From Cyanophora paradoxa CCMP329 (taxonomy: Eukaryota; Plantae; Glaucophyta), in the NCBI GenBank assembly GCA_004431415.1, contig QPMI01000706.1, forward strand, positions 14,757 to 78,756: a stretch of DNA of 64,000 nucleotides, read 5' to 3'. Positions 47,140-55,834 of the stretch are shown here, in pieces; within the stretch, counting starts at the first letter, position 1; each line of letters begins with the position of its first letter. The position numbers and the translations under genes were made by a program. Below the pieces are notes generated by a model, which was not told the DNA's origin, searched no databases, and saw only the letters and a program-made list of their open reading frames with translations.

Positions 47140-48461
47140 TTAAATGATTTCATTAAATAAAGTAAAAGAATTTTTTCTATCTTTTAAATTTAAACTATTA
47201 AATAATAAATCCATGATAGTTTTTACACCTTCATAACCGACCATTGGTTTATACGATAGTGGAAAATTTTGAATATGAATTGGACTAGAAATAACACCAC
47301 AAGGAATCCCCAGTCGTTTTCCAATATGTCTTTCCATTTGTGTTCCAAAAATAACATCAGGTTTTAACTTTGAAATTTCATTACTGATCATTGTATGATC
47401 TTCAGTAATTAAAATCTTATTACAATAGTTTTGAACTTGTTCACTAAACCATTTTGATTCTGATTTACAATACGTACCACAAAGGATAATTTCTAAACCA
47501 ATCTCTTTACTTAATAATTTTGTTAAAGTTGCAACATGATTTGAACTTCCAAAAATAATAGCTTTTTTTCTTTTTAATTTACTTTTAATAGCTTCTTTCT
47601 TTATCCAATTTAAATTTAAAAGTTTTAGTAATTTGATATTAATTACTTTTGTTATCGTATTATTTTCAAGTTTTAAACTAAAAAGTAACTTTTTTAAAAA
47701 ACGATTTAGATTAATATTGCCCATTGGAAGTATAACTAAAGATAACAGTCCAAATTCTTTATTTAAATATTTACTTGTCAAAAGTCCTAGTTCGCGATAT
47801 GGAAGAATATTGAGCCAGGCTTTTGGTAAATTTATTAAAGTTTTAACTGTTGTTCCTTGAGGTAAACTACAATTAAGTATTATTTCATATAATTCAAACA
47901 ATTTCTTTAGTTCTCGAGTGTCATGATTATTATGAAAACCTAAACTAGAAATTCCAATTAGATTAACAGAAGGAAGAAGAGTTTTAACCTTTTCTAACGT
48001 CAAACTTGCTCTATTTTTTCTATATAAAAACGAACTATTTGTTCTAATGTTTTATCACAAGCTTGTAATTCATTAATACGATAATGATTTACGTCGGCTA
48101 AAAGAACATCAGCCATGGAATTTAAGGAAGCTTGTTCAACAAAATTTTGAAGGTCTTCTTGTAAAATACTAGAAGTACAAGTAGGTGTTAAAACAATTAA
48201 ATCAGGTTGTTCTTCTTTATCCTTTCTAAGAATATTATCTATTACTTTTTCTTGTGATCCTCGTGCTAATACATTACGATCTACAACACTTGTTGTAACT
48301 GGAGTATAGTTTCTTTCGCGTTCAAGCATTGAACGCATAACATTAAAATAATCATCTCCTAATGGGGCATGCATAATAGCATGTACATTTTTAAATGAAC
48401 TTGCAATTCGCAAAGTACCAATATGTGCAGGTCCTGTATACATCCAATAAGCTAATTTCAT
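47140..48461 (-). pseudogene. chlB: Light-independent protochlorophyllide reductase subunit B, split into two ORFs (48000-48461 and 47140-48003); pseudogene, split gene or sequence error
   Basis: [14 protein letters not shown]...HAPLGDDYF in ORF1; GTQMERHIGKRLGIPCGVIS in ORF2; frame change at the A6 run (48014-48019). Confidence 0.75.
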
Positions 48462-48523
48462 TTAGATTTCCTTTTTTAATTTACTAAACTAATAATTTTG
48501 GTATTTTTCTATGTGTTAATACC

Positions 48524-48567
48524 TAAATAAAGATATATATATATATATATATATATATCTTTATTTA
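48524..48567. repeat. 44-bp perfect palindrome with (AT)n centre
   Basis: TAAATAAAG(AT)13CTTTATTTA between divergent chlB and rps14. Confidence 0.85.
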
Positions 48568-48676
48568 AGGTTTTAAGGAAGATATTTTTAATTTTTTAAA
48601 CTTAACTATTCAAATTAAAATAAATAATATATTATTTAATTAGATAAAAAATTAGATTAAAAATATTTGAGTAACT

Positions 48677-48979
48677 ATGGCTAAAAAAAGTATGATTGAA
48701 CGTGATAAAAAACGTGAAAATCTAATGAATAAATATTTAGTAAAAAGACAACAATTAAAAACTCGTTTAAATGAAACAGATTCCGTAGAAGAAAAGTTAT
48801 TATTAAATCAAGAATTACAAAAATTACCTCGTAATAGTGCTCCTTCTAGAGTTAGAATTCGTTGTTGGTTAACAGGTCGCCCACGTGGAAATTATCGTGA
48901 TTTTGGTGTATCTCGTCATGTTTTACGTGAAATGGCGCATCAAGGTCTTTTACCAGGTGTAACTAAATCTAGTTGGTAA
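48677..48979 (+). CDS. rps14: 30S ribosomal protein S14
   Basis: MAKKSMIER...[10 protein letters not shown]...LPGVTKSSW. Confidence 0.98.
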   Translation: MAKKSMIERDKKRENLMNKYLVKRQQLKTRLNETDSVEEKLLLNQELQKLPRNSAPSRVRIRCWLTGRPRGNYRDFGVSRHVLREMAHQGLLPGVTKSSW

Positions 48980-49078
48980 TTTGTTAAGAAATAAGAAAAA
49001 ATGAAGATTAATAATAAAACTACTATTAATCTTCTTTAATAAAGTTGATGGTTTTAATCTTTAAGACTAGTTAGTTTT

Positions 49079-49642
49079 TTATTGATTTGAATCTAATGGA
49101 ATATTTAAAAAACTAGCTAAATTTGCTGCTTGTTCTTCAACAACTGAAATTGGCAATAAATATCCAATTGGAGTAATTACAATTTCATTTTTTTCTTGAA
49201 TTTTTAAGGAAATAGAATGACGTGGATTTAATCCTTGTTTTATTTCTAATTTAATTGCTTGAATTTGTTCAATTGGATAGATAACTTCAATGCGTCGATT
49301 TGTTCCAGGAAATCCCCATCGGAAAATAGAAACAGTTCCTTTTTTTTTATTATATTCATTATAACCAGCTCCAACATTCCATAAAATTAAGAGCCATAAA
49401 TATATATCTAATAAAAAACCAATGGTTCCATATAGTAACATTGTTATACCTTGCGGAATAAATAAAAATTGAGTTGTATCCGTAAAAGGTAATAAATTGA
49501 TTTTAGTATAACTAGATATACCTGCTAGTATAAATCCACTTGAACCAAGTCCAATTGTTATTGCCCACCAATAATTACTTAATCTTCGAGATCCAGTAAT
49601 AAGATCTCGTTTAATTTGATCTGTATTGTTTTTTAAATTCAT
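49079..49642 (-). CDS. ycf4: PSI assembly protein Ycf4
   Basis: ITGSRRLSNYWWA, FIPQGITM, IFRWGFPG. Confidence 0.97.
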   Translation of the reverse strand: MNLKNNTDQIKRDLITGSRRLSNYWWAITIGLGSSGFILAGISSYTKINLLPFTDTTQFLFIPQGITMLLYGTIGFLLDIYLWLLILWNVGAGYNEYNKKKGTVSIFRWGFPGTNRRIEVIYPIEQIQAIKLEIKQGLNPRHSISLKIQEKNEIVITPIGYLLPISVVEEQAANLASFLNIPLDSNQ

Positions 49643-49703
49643 TTTGAGATATTTAGAGTAGTCAGTTTAACTTTAATTAATTATTTAGTAGCAAAGACAT
49701 GGA

Positions 49704-50015
49704 TTAAAATTGTTTATTTTGTAAATATTCAAAACCATGTTTCATATAAATTGTTTGTAAAGTAAAATCAATAAATTCCTCTAAAGTATTCATATATAAA
49801 ATTTTAGAATCATCAATTTTAATATCAAATTTTTCTTCTATTTGTTTTATAATTTCAACTAAATCTAAAGAATCAATTTTCAGATCTTCGTAAATATAGA
49901 GATCTAAATTTAATTCAGTTTTTTCTATTGAAATTTGTTCACATAAAATATCTTGAACAATATTCGAAACTATATTTTTATCTTGTTCTAAAATAGCTTG
50001 TTCACTTAGGGACAT
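49704..50015 (-). CDS. acpP: Acyl carrier protein (divergent)
   Basis: DLKIDSLDLVEII...IEEKFDIKI phosphopantetheine motif. Confidence 0.85.
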   Translation of the reverse strand: MSLSEQAILEQDKNIVSNIVQDILCEQISIEKTELNLDLYIYEDLKIDSLDLVEIIKQIEEKFDIKIDDSKILYMNTLEEFIDFTLQTIYMKHGFEYLQNKQF

Positions 50016-50363
50016 AAATTTATTCCTTTTTTAAAATTTAATTTTCCTTTCATAATTAGGTTTTTTAAAAATATATCATATTTTAATTTTATAAAAATTG
50101 CTTTTTTATACATTAAAAGTTAGTCTTTTTTATAGCATATACTTATGTTACATTTTTTAGTTGTTTATTTATTTCAATATTTTTGAAACTAAAAAATAAT
50201 TTGTCCTCAATGTTTACTTTTTATTTTTAAATTTTATTTCTATCTTAATATTTATTAAGAAATTTTAATTAAAAAAAATTAAGAAAATTTGCCTTGTTCT
50301 ATTCTAAAGTAGTTGACATATTTATTTTCATAGTATAATATTAAATATATAAATATATCCTAT

Positions 50364-50436
50364 GCCCCCATCGTCTAGAGGCCTAGGACACCTCCCTTTC
50401 ACGGAGGCGACGGGGATTCGAATTCCCCTGGGGGTA
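50364..50436 (+). tRNA. trnE: tRNA-Glu(UUC)
   Basis: CCTCC-CT-TTC-AC-GGAGG; A53:U61 T-stem typical of plastid and cyanobacterial tRNA-Glu; TTGACA at 50313. Confidence 0.97.
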
Positions 50437-50443
50437 TCTTATT

Positions 50444-50548
50444 AAAAGTAAAAAAAAAATAAAAAAATAAATAGATTTAACTATCTATTTATTTTTTATT
50501 TTTTTTTTACTTTTTTTTTACTTTTTTTTACTTTTTTTTTACTTTTTT
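50444..50548. repeat. hairpin plus tandem (T8-10AC)x4 repeat
   Basis: A-rich/T-rich inverted arms after trnE; the T-rich 3' end is tandemly reiterated. Confidence 0.7.
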
Positions 50549-50591
50549 AGGTAGAAATTTAAAATATATTATGTTATAATATAAATTATTA

Positions 50592-50908
50592 GGGGATGTG
50601 GTGGAATTGGTAGACGCAACGGACTTAAAAATTTGAGCTCTTAATTAAGAAATTATTAAGTTGCAAACTCTCAAATTCAGGGAAACCTAAGTTATTTTTT
50701 ATTTGTTTTAAATAAAAAAAAATATGGCAATCCTGAGCCAAGACAAATCATTTTGTATGGTGCAGAGACTCGATGAGAGTTATCCTAACATTTATAATGA
50801 GGATAAAGGTAGAGTCCAATTCTTTATCGAATTGATTAACGAAAGTTAAAAAAGAATGAAAATCCGTCGATTGTATAGATCGTGAGGGTTCAAGTCCCTC
50901 CGTCCCCA
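50592..50908 (+). tRNA. trnL: tRNA-Leu(UAA), intron-containing (exons 50592-50626 and 50859-50908)
   Basis: GGGGATG...ACGGACTT^AAAATCCGT...CGTCCCCA. Confidence 0.96.
50627..50858 (+). mobile_element. Group I intron (IC3) in the trnL-UAA anticodon, 232 nt, no ORF
   Basis: Core elements AAATTCAGGGAAACC (P), AATCCTGAGC (Q), GTGCAGAGACTCGA (R), AAGGTAGAGTCC (S); U before 5' splice site, terminal G. Confidence 0.95.
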
Positions 50909-50979
50909 TTTTAATTTTTCTATTTTTCAGTTATCATTTAATTAAAAAAATCTAAATTTTTTAAATTGTTATTTTAATT

Positions 50980-51213
50980 ATGTGTATTTGTGTTAATTGT
51001 GATCTTTTAGAAAAATGCAGTTTATATCAAACTATTGAAATTCTTCATAAAGAATCTTTATCTTTTGAATTAGATCAAATAGTTGAATTTGAACCTCGAA
51101 AAAGTAATATTATTGTAAATATTAATTCATCTGAAAATAGCATAAAACATGAGTGGGATGTAATTTCTTGTGAATCGTTTGTTTTAAATTTAAGTAAATA
51201 TAATGTTAGTTAA
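50980..51213 (+). CDS. ycf34: Ycf34 (putative Fe-S small protein)
   Basis: MCICVNC...C..Y..IE..H...EWDVISCESF. Confidence 0.9.
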   Translation: MCICVNCDLLEKCSLYQTIEILHKESLSFELDQIVEFEPRKSNIIVNINSSENSIKHEWDVISCESFVLNLSKYNVS

Positions 51214-51287
51214 ACAGTTCTCTTTTACTTGGATTTAAATCCAAGTAAAAGAGAACTGTTTAACTAACATTATATTTACTTAAATTT
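51186..51287. repeat. 102-bp perfect palindrome overlapping the ycf34 3' end
   Basis: 51-bp arms with no spacer, centre GGATTT|AAATCC. Confidence 0.95.
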
Positions 51288-51326
51288 GTTAGTTTAGATG
51301 TCATAAAAAGAGGATTTAATCAAAAA

Positions 51327-51836
51327 ATGGATAATTTTTTATTTTCATTTTATATTATTTTTTTTTCATTAATTGTTTTAGCTTTAATTTCGTTTTTAAT
51401 ACAAGAAATACAAAAAAGTCGTTTTCTTGATTTAGAAATAACTAGGCTTCGAAAAAAAATTTATCAAGAAAAAGCAACAGAAAAAGATTATTATAATCTA
51501 GCTAGTATTTACATTAAAAAAAAATTATATTCACAAGCTCAAAAAGAATTTTTAAAAATTCTTGAAAATAAAAATTTAGATAAAAGTCAACTAGCTTTAA
51601 TTTATAATTCCTTAGGATATATTTGTTCGGCACAAGAACAATATGAATTAGCAATAGAATATTATAAAAAAGCTTTATTTTATATTCCCGATTTTATTTT
51701 AGCTCGTATAAATTTAGCACGCATTTTTGAATTAAAAAATTTGAAAACTGAAGCAATTAATATGTATCAAGAAGTTTTAATTTTTGATCCAAAAAATCAA
51801 TTAGCAAAACGTAAACTTCAATTATTGAAAATTTAA
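51327..51836 (+). CDS. ycf37: TPR protein Ycf37
   Basis: N-terminal TM helix plus TPR repeats (YYNLASIY, IYNSLGYI, ARINLARI). Confidence 0.85.
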   Translation: MDNFLFSFYIIFFSLIVLALISFLIQEIQKSRFLDLEITRLRKKIYQEKATEKDYYNLASIYIKKKLYSQAQKEFLKILENKNLDKSQLALIYNSLGYICSAQEQYELAIEYYKKALFYIPDFILARINLARIFELKNLKTEAINMYQEVLIFDPKNQLAKRKLQLLKI

Positions 51837-51848
51837 TACTTTAATTAA

Positions 51849-51920
51849 TGGGTCACCCGGGATTCGAACCCGGAACTTTTCGGTTAAAAGCCGATTACTC
51901 TACCGTTGAGTTAGTGACCC
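51849..51920 (-). tRNA. trnK: tRNA-Lys(UUU), intronless
   Basis: TCGG-CT-TTT-AA-CCGA; GGGTCAC/GTGACCC acceptor stem. Confidence 0.95.
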
Positions 51921-52362
51921 TAGTTTCTTTATTTTATTTTATCATAAAAATAATAACTTACCAAGATAGAATCGAATATTTCAATAACAAAAATTAAATA
52001 AGTTAAGAAATTAATCAATCATGAATTAATTTAATAAAAAAAACAACATATATATATATGTATATATATATTTATTTTTTCTATTAAATTAAATTTATTT
52101 TTTTGGATCTATAAAAATTTATAAATTTCAATAATTATTTATATAATAAAACAATTTTTTTTAAGAAAAGAAAAGAAAAATAAATAATTTATGAAGGATT
52201 TGTTGAACTAAATCTTCGATTGATTATTATATTACCGTTATCTTGGTGAAGGGTTTTGGTTGGTATCTTTCAAATACGGGCTTATAAAATCAAAAAGTGC
52301 ATAAGAAAACGAGATAGTACAATAATATAAAACAAATAGTTTCATTATAATGAAGACCCATA

Positions 52363-52426
52363 ATTTTCAAGAAATATGCATTTTAGTTTATTGATCAATA
52401 AACTAAAATGCATATTTCTTGAAAAT
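52363..52426. repeat. 64-bp perfect palindrome downstream of clpP1
   Basis: 32-bp arms with no spacer, centre TTGA|TCAA. Confidence 0.93.
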
Positions 52427-52431
52427 CGTTG

Positions 52432-53016
52432 TTAATTGTTATTAATAAAGATATGATCAATAATTCCGTATTGTTTTGCTTCAGTTGCAGATAAAAAGAA
52501 ATCTCTTTCAGTATCTGTTTCAATTTGTTTTAATTCTTGTTTTGTATGAAAACTTAAAATATTATTTAATAAATTTTTAAAATAAGCACCATTTCGAATT
52601 TGAATATCTAAGTGAGACCAAGGAGCTTCGACTTTGGATAATGGTTGATGTATCATAATTCGAGAACTAGCAAAAGCAAAGCGTTTATTTTCAACTCCTG
52701 CTGCTAATAAAACAGCACCCATACTTGCTGCTAATCCAAAACAAATAGTTGAAACGTCAACAGATAAATTTTGTATTGTATCATAAACAGATAAACCAGC
52801 TGTAACAGATCCTCCTGGTGAATTTATAAATAGACGTATATCTTTTGTTGAATCTTCATTCTCGAGATATAATAATTGCCCTACAATTGAGTTACAAATT
52901 TCATCATCCACTGTTTGTGAAAAAAGAATAATTCGATTTTGTAATAATTTGGAAATATTATTTAGTTCAAGTTTTTTATTTTCATCATTTGTGTACTGTT
53001 GTATTAATATTGTCAT
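52432..53016 (-). CDS. clpP1: ATP-dependent Clp protease proteolytic subunit
   Basis: INSPGGSV, GLAASMG (Ser), RIMIHQP (His), ERDFFLSA (Asp). Confidence 0.95.
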   Translation of the reverse strand: MTILIQQYTNDENKKLELNNISKLLQNRIILFSQTVDDEICNSIVGQLLYLENEDSTKDIRLFINSPGGSVTAGLSVYDTIQNLSVDVSTICFGLAASMGAVLLAAGVENKRFAFASSRIMIHQPLSKVEAPWSHLDIQIRNGAYFKNLLNNILSFHTKQELKQIETDTERDFFLSATEAKQYGIIDHIFINNN

Positions 53017-53280
53017 AGTATTTTTTTTTTAACTTTCTAATATAAAACTATGTTTTCTTATAATTACGAAATCAAAAAATTTAATAATTTTAGATAAATA
53101 TAAATGTCAATTTGATTTTACTTTTTTCTACTTTATTTAAAATAAATTTATCATAAAATCGTTGATTTTTATTTTCTTCTTTTATTATATGCTTGTATTT
53201 TTTATTTGTTTTTTTTATTGTTATATTTTTAATTCGCTCAAGAAAATAAATTGATTCATTTGTTTTAATTAATCATTCTA

Positions 53281-53369
53281 TTGACAAAAAAAAGTTCTTT
53301 AATTAATATTATTATTAGAATTAGCAATTAATTATATTAGTTGCTAATTCTAATAATAATAGTAATTAA
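53281..53369 (+). promoter_or_regulatory. groESL promoter with CIRCE-like inverted repeat
   Basis: TTGACA (53281) N17 TAATAT; TTAGCAATT-N9-AGTTGCTAA at 53321-53347 inside a longer hairpin (53299-53369). Confidence 0.7.
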
Positions 53370-53398
53370 TTTTCTAGATTTTTACGAGGTGACAATTT

Positions 53399-53710
53399 AT
53401 GGCAACTGTAACTTTAAATGTTAAAACTGTACGTCCTTTAGGTGAACGTGTTTTAGTAAAGGTTAGTCAGTCAGAAGAAAAAACTGCTGGAGGTATTTTA
53501 CTACCTGATACTGTGAAAGAAAAACCTCAAATTGGGGAAATTATTGCAGTTGGACCAGGAAGACGAAATGATGATGGTTCTTTTCAACCATTAGAAGTTA
53601 CAGTTAATAGTAAAGTACTTTATTCTAAGTATGCGGGAACGGATATTAAATTAGAAAATGAAGAATATGTTTTACTTTCTGAAAAAGATATTTTAGCAAT
53701 TATTGAATAA
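53399..53710 (+). CDS. groES: Co-chaperonin GroES
   Basis: [10 protein letters not shown]...[12 protein letters not shown]...YSKYAGT. Confidence 0.98.
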   Translation: MATVTLNVKTVRPLGERVLVKVSQSEEKTAGGILLPDTVKEKPQIGEIIAVGPGRRNDDGSFQPLEVTVNSKVLYSKYAGTDIKLENEEYVLLSEKDILAIIE

Positions 53711-53772
53711 TTGAACAAAAATCTTTTTATTTTCTATTTTAACTAAGCGCTAAAAAAAAAAGGAAAAATTTT

Positions 53773-55398
53773 ATGGCAAAACAAATTTTATACCATGAAA
53801 GTGCTCGTCGTGCCTTAGAAAAAGGAATGGATATTTTGGCTGAAGCCGTTGCTGTTACCCTTGGACCGAAAGGACGAAATGTGGTTTTAGAAAAAAAATT
53901 TGGGGCTCCTCAAATTGTAAATGACGGTGTAACAATTGCAAAAGAAATTGAACTTGAAGATCACATTGAAAATACCGGAGTAGCTTTAATTCGTCAAGCA
54001 GCCTCTAAAACAAATGATGTTGCCGGAGATGGTACAACAACAGCAACAGTTTTAGCATATGCTATGGTAAAAGAAGGAATGCGAAATGTGGCTGCAGGTG
54101 CTAATCCAATGGCAATTAAACGCGGTATTGATCGAGCAACTCAAAAAGTTGTAGAAACGATTGCCGCTCATGCAAAACCCGTTGAAGATTCAAGAGCAAT
54201 TACTCAAGTTGCTTCTATTTCAGCTGGTAATGATGATGAAGTTGGTAAGATGATTGCAGATGCAATTGAAAAAGTAGGTAAAGAGGGTGTGATCTCTTTA
54301 GAAGAAGGAAAATCTACAACAACGGAACTTGAAATAACCGAAGGTATGCGCTTTGACAAAGGTTATATTTCTCCGTATTTTGTAACAGATCCTGAACGTA
54401 TGGAAGTAATACAAAAAGATGCTTATGTTTTAATTACGGATAAAAAAATTACCTTAGTACAAGATTTAGTTCCGATTTTAGAACAAGTTGCTAGAGCTCG
54501 AAAACCACTTTTTATTATTGCTGAAGATATTGAAAAAGAAGCATTAGCTACGTTAGTTGTTAATAAACTACGCGGAAATCTAAATGTTTCAGCTGTAAAA
54601 GCACCAGGTTTTGGTGATCGTCGTAAAGCAATGATGCAGGATATTGCAGTTTTAACCAATACTCAAGTTATTTCGGAAGAAACTGGATTACGTTTAGATA
54701 GTATTAAACTTGATGTTTTAGGGAAAGCTCGTCAAGTAAATATTACAAAAGATTATACAACGGTTATTGCCGAAGGGAACGAAGAAGGAGTTTCTGCACG
54801 TTGTGAACAAATTCGACGTCAAATTGAAGAAACCGATTCTGCATATGAAAAAGAGAAATTACAAGAACGTTTAGCAAAATTAGCTGGGGGTGTTGCAGTT
54901 ATTAAAGTAGGTGCAGCAACCGAAACGGAAATGAAAGATAAAAAATTACGTTTGGAAGATGCTATTAATGCTACAAAAGCAGCCGTGGAAGAAGGAATTG
55001 TTCCGGGTGGTGGTACAACATTAGCTCATTTAGCAATTGAATTAGAAAATTGGGTACAATCGAATTTAGAACATGAAGAACTAATCGGTGGTATGATTGT
55101 GGCTCGTTCTTTAACTGCTCCTTTAAAACGTATTGTTGAAAATGCAGGTCAAAATGGCGCTGTTATTGCGGAACAAGTAAAAGATAAACCATTTAATATT
55201 GGTTATAATGCTGCCAATGCTCAATTTGTAGATATGTTTGAGGCTGGTATTGTAGATCCAGCAAAAGTAACTCGCTCAGGTCTTCAAAATGCAGCTTCTA
55301 TTGCTGGGATGGTATTAACTACTGAATGTATTGTAGTTGATAAAGCTGAATCTCAGCAAAAGGCTGCGAGCGTAAATCGTAATAGTTTTGATTATTAG
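53773..55398 (+). CDS. groEL: Chaperonin GroEL
   Basis: [29 protein letters not shown]. Confidence 0.99.
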   Translation: MAKQILYHESARRALEKGMDILAEAVAVTLGPKGRNVVLEKKFGAPQIVNDGVTIAKEIELEDHIENTGVALIRQAASKTNDVAGDGTTTATVLAYAMVKEGMRNVAAGANPMAIKRGIDRATQKVVETIAAHAKPVEDSRAITQVASISAGNDDEVGKMIADAIEKVGKEGVISLEEGKSTTTELEITEGMRFDKGYISPYFVTDPERMEVIQKDAYVLITDKKITLVQDLVPILEQVARARKPLFIIAEDIEKEALATLVVNKLRGNLNVSAVKAPGFGDRRKAMMQDIAVLTNTQVISEETGLRLDSIKLDVLGKARQVNITKDYTTVIAEGNEEGVSARCEQIRRQIEETDSAYEKEKLQERLAKLAGGVAVIKVGAATETEMKDKKLRLEDAINATKAAVEEGIVPGGGTTLAHLAIELENWVQSNLEHEELIGGMIVARSLTAPLKRIVENAGQNGAVIAEQVKDKPFNIGYNAANAQFVDMFEAGIVDPAKVTRSGLQNAASIAGMVLTTECIVVDKAESQQKAASVNRNSFDY

Positions 55399-55402
55399 AA
55401 AT

Positions 55403-55449
55403 AAAATGTTTTAATTAGTTTATTATTTATGAACTAATTAAAACATTTT
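55403..55449 (+). terminator. hairpin after groEL
   Basis: AAAATGTTTTAATTAGTT / AACTAATTAAAACATTTT followed by a T-run. Confidence 0.7.
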
Positions 55450-55670
55450 TTTAATAGTATTAGAAATTAAATGAAAGACGTTTAAAAAAAATAATAATTA
55501 AATAAGACTGTGATCTTTTATTTAATAAAATTTGATTAAATTATTTACGAAAATATACTTTTCAATACTTATTGAAAAGCACAGAATGGGTTTACATTGG
55601 AAATAAAAAAATTTAGGTAAAGTATAAAATCTGATTGACTTATTTTCAAATTCAAACTAATAAAAGAAAC

Positions 55671-55740
55671 AGGCGGCACCCAGATTTGAACTGGGGTAGA
55701 GGATTTGCAATCCACTGCCTTACCACTTGGCTATACCGCC
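55671..55740 (-). tRNA. trnC: tRNA-Cys(GCA)
   Basis: GGCGGTA/TGCCGCC, anticodon loop TT-GCA-AA, U73. Confidence 0.92.
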
Positions 55741-55834
55741 TATTTTCTATTAATTATACCTTAAGAATCAATTTTTTTAAATCTTATTTTAAAATAAAAA
55801 AAATTTAAGATTATTGCTTTATTTGAAATGAATT

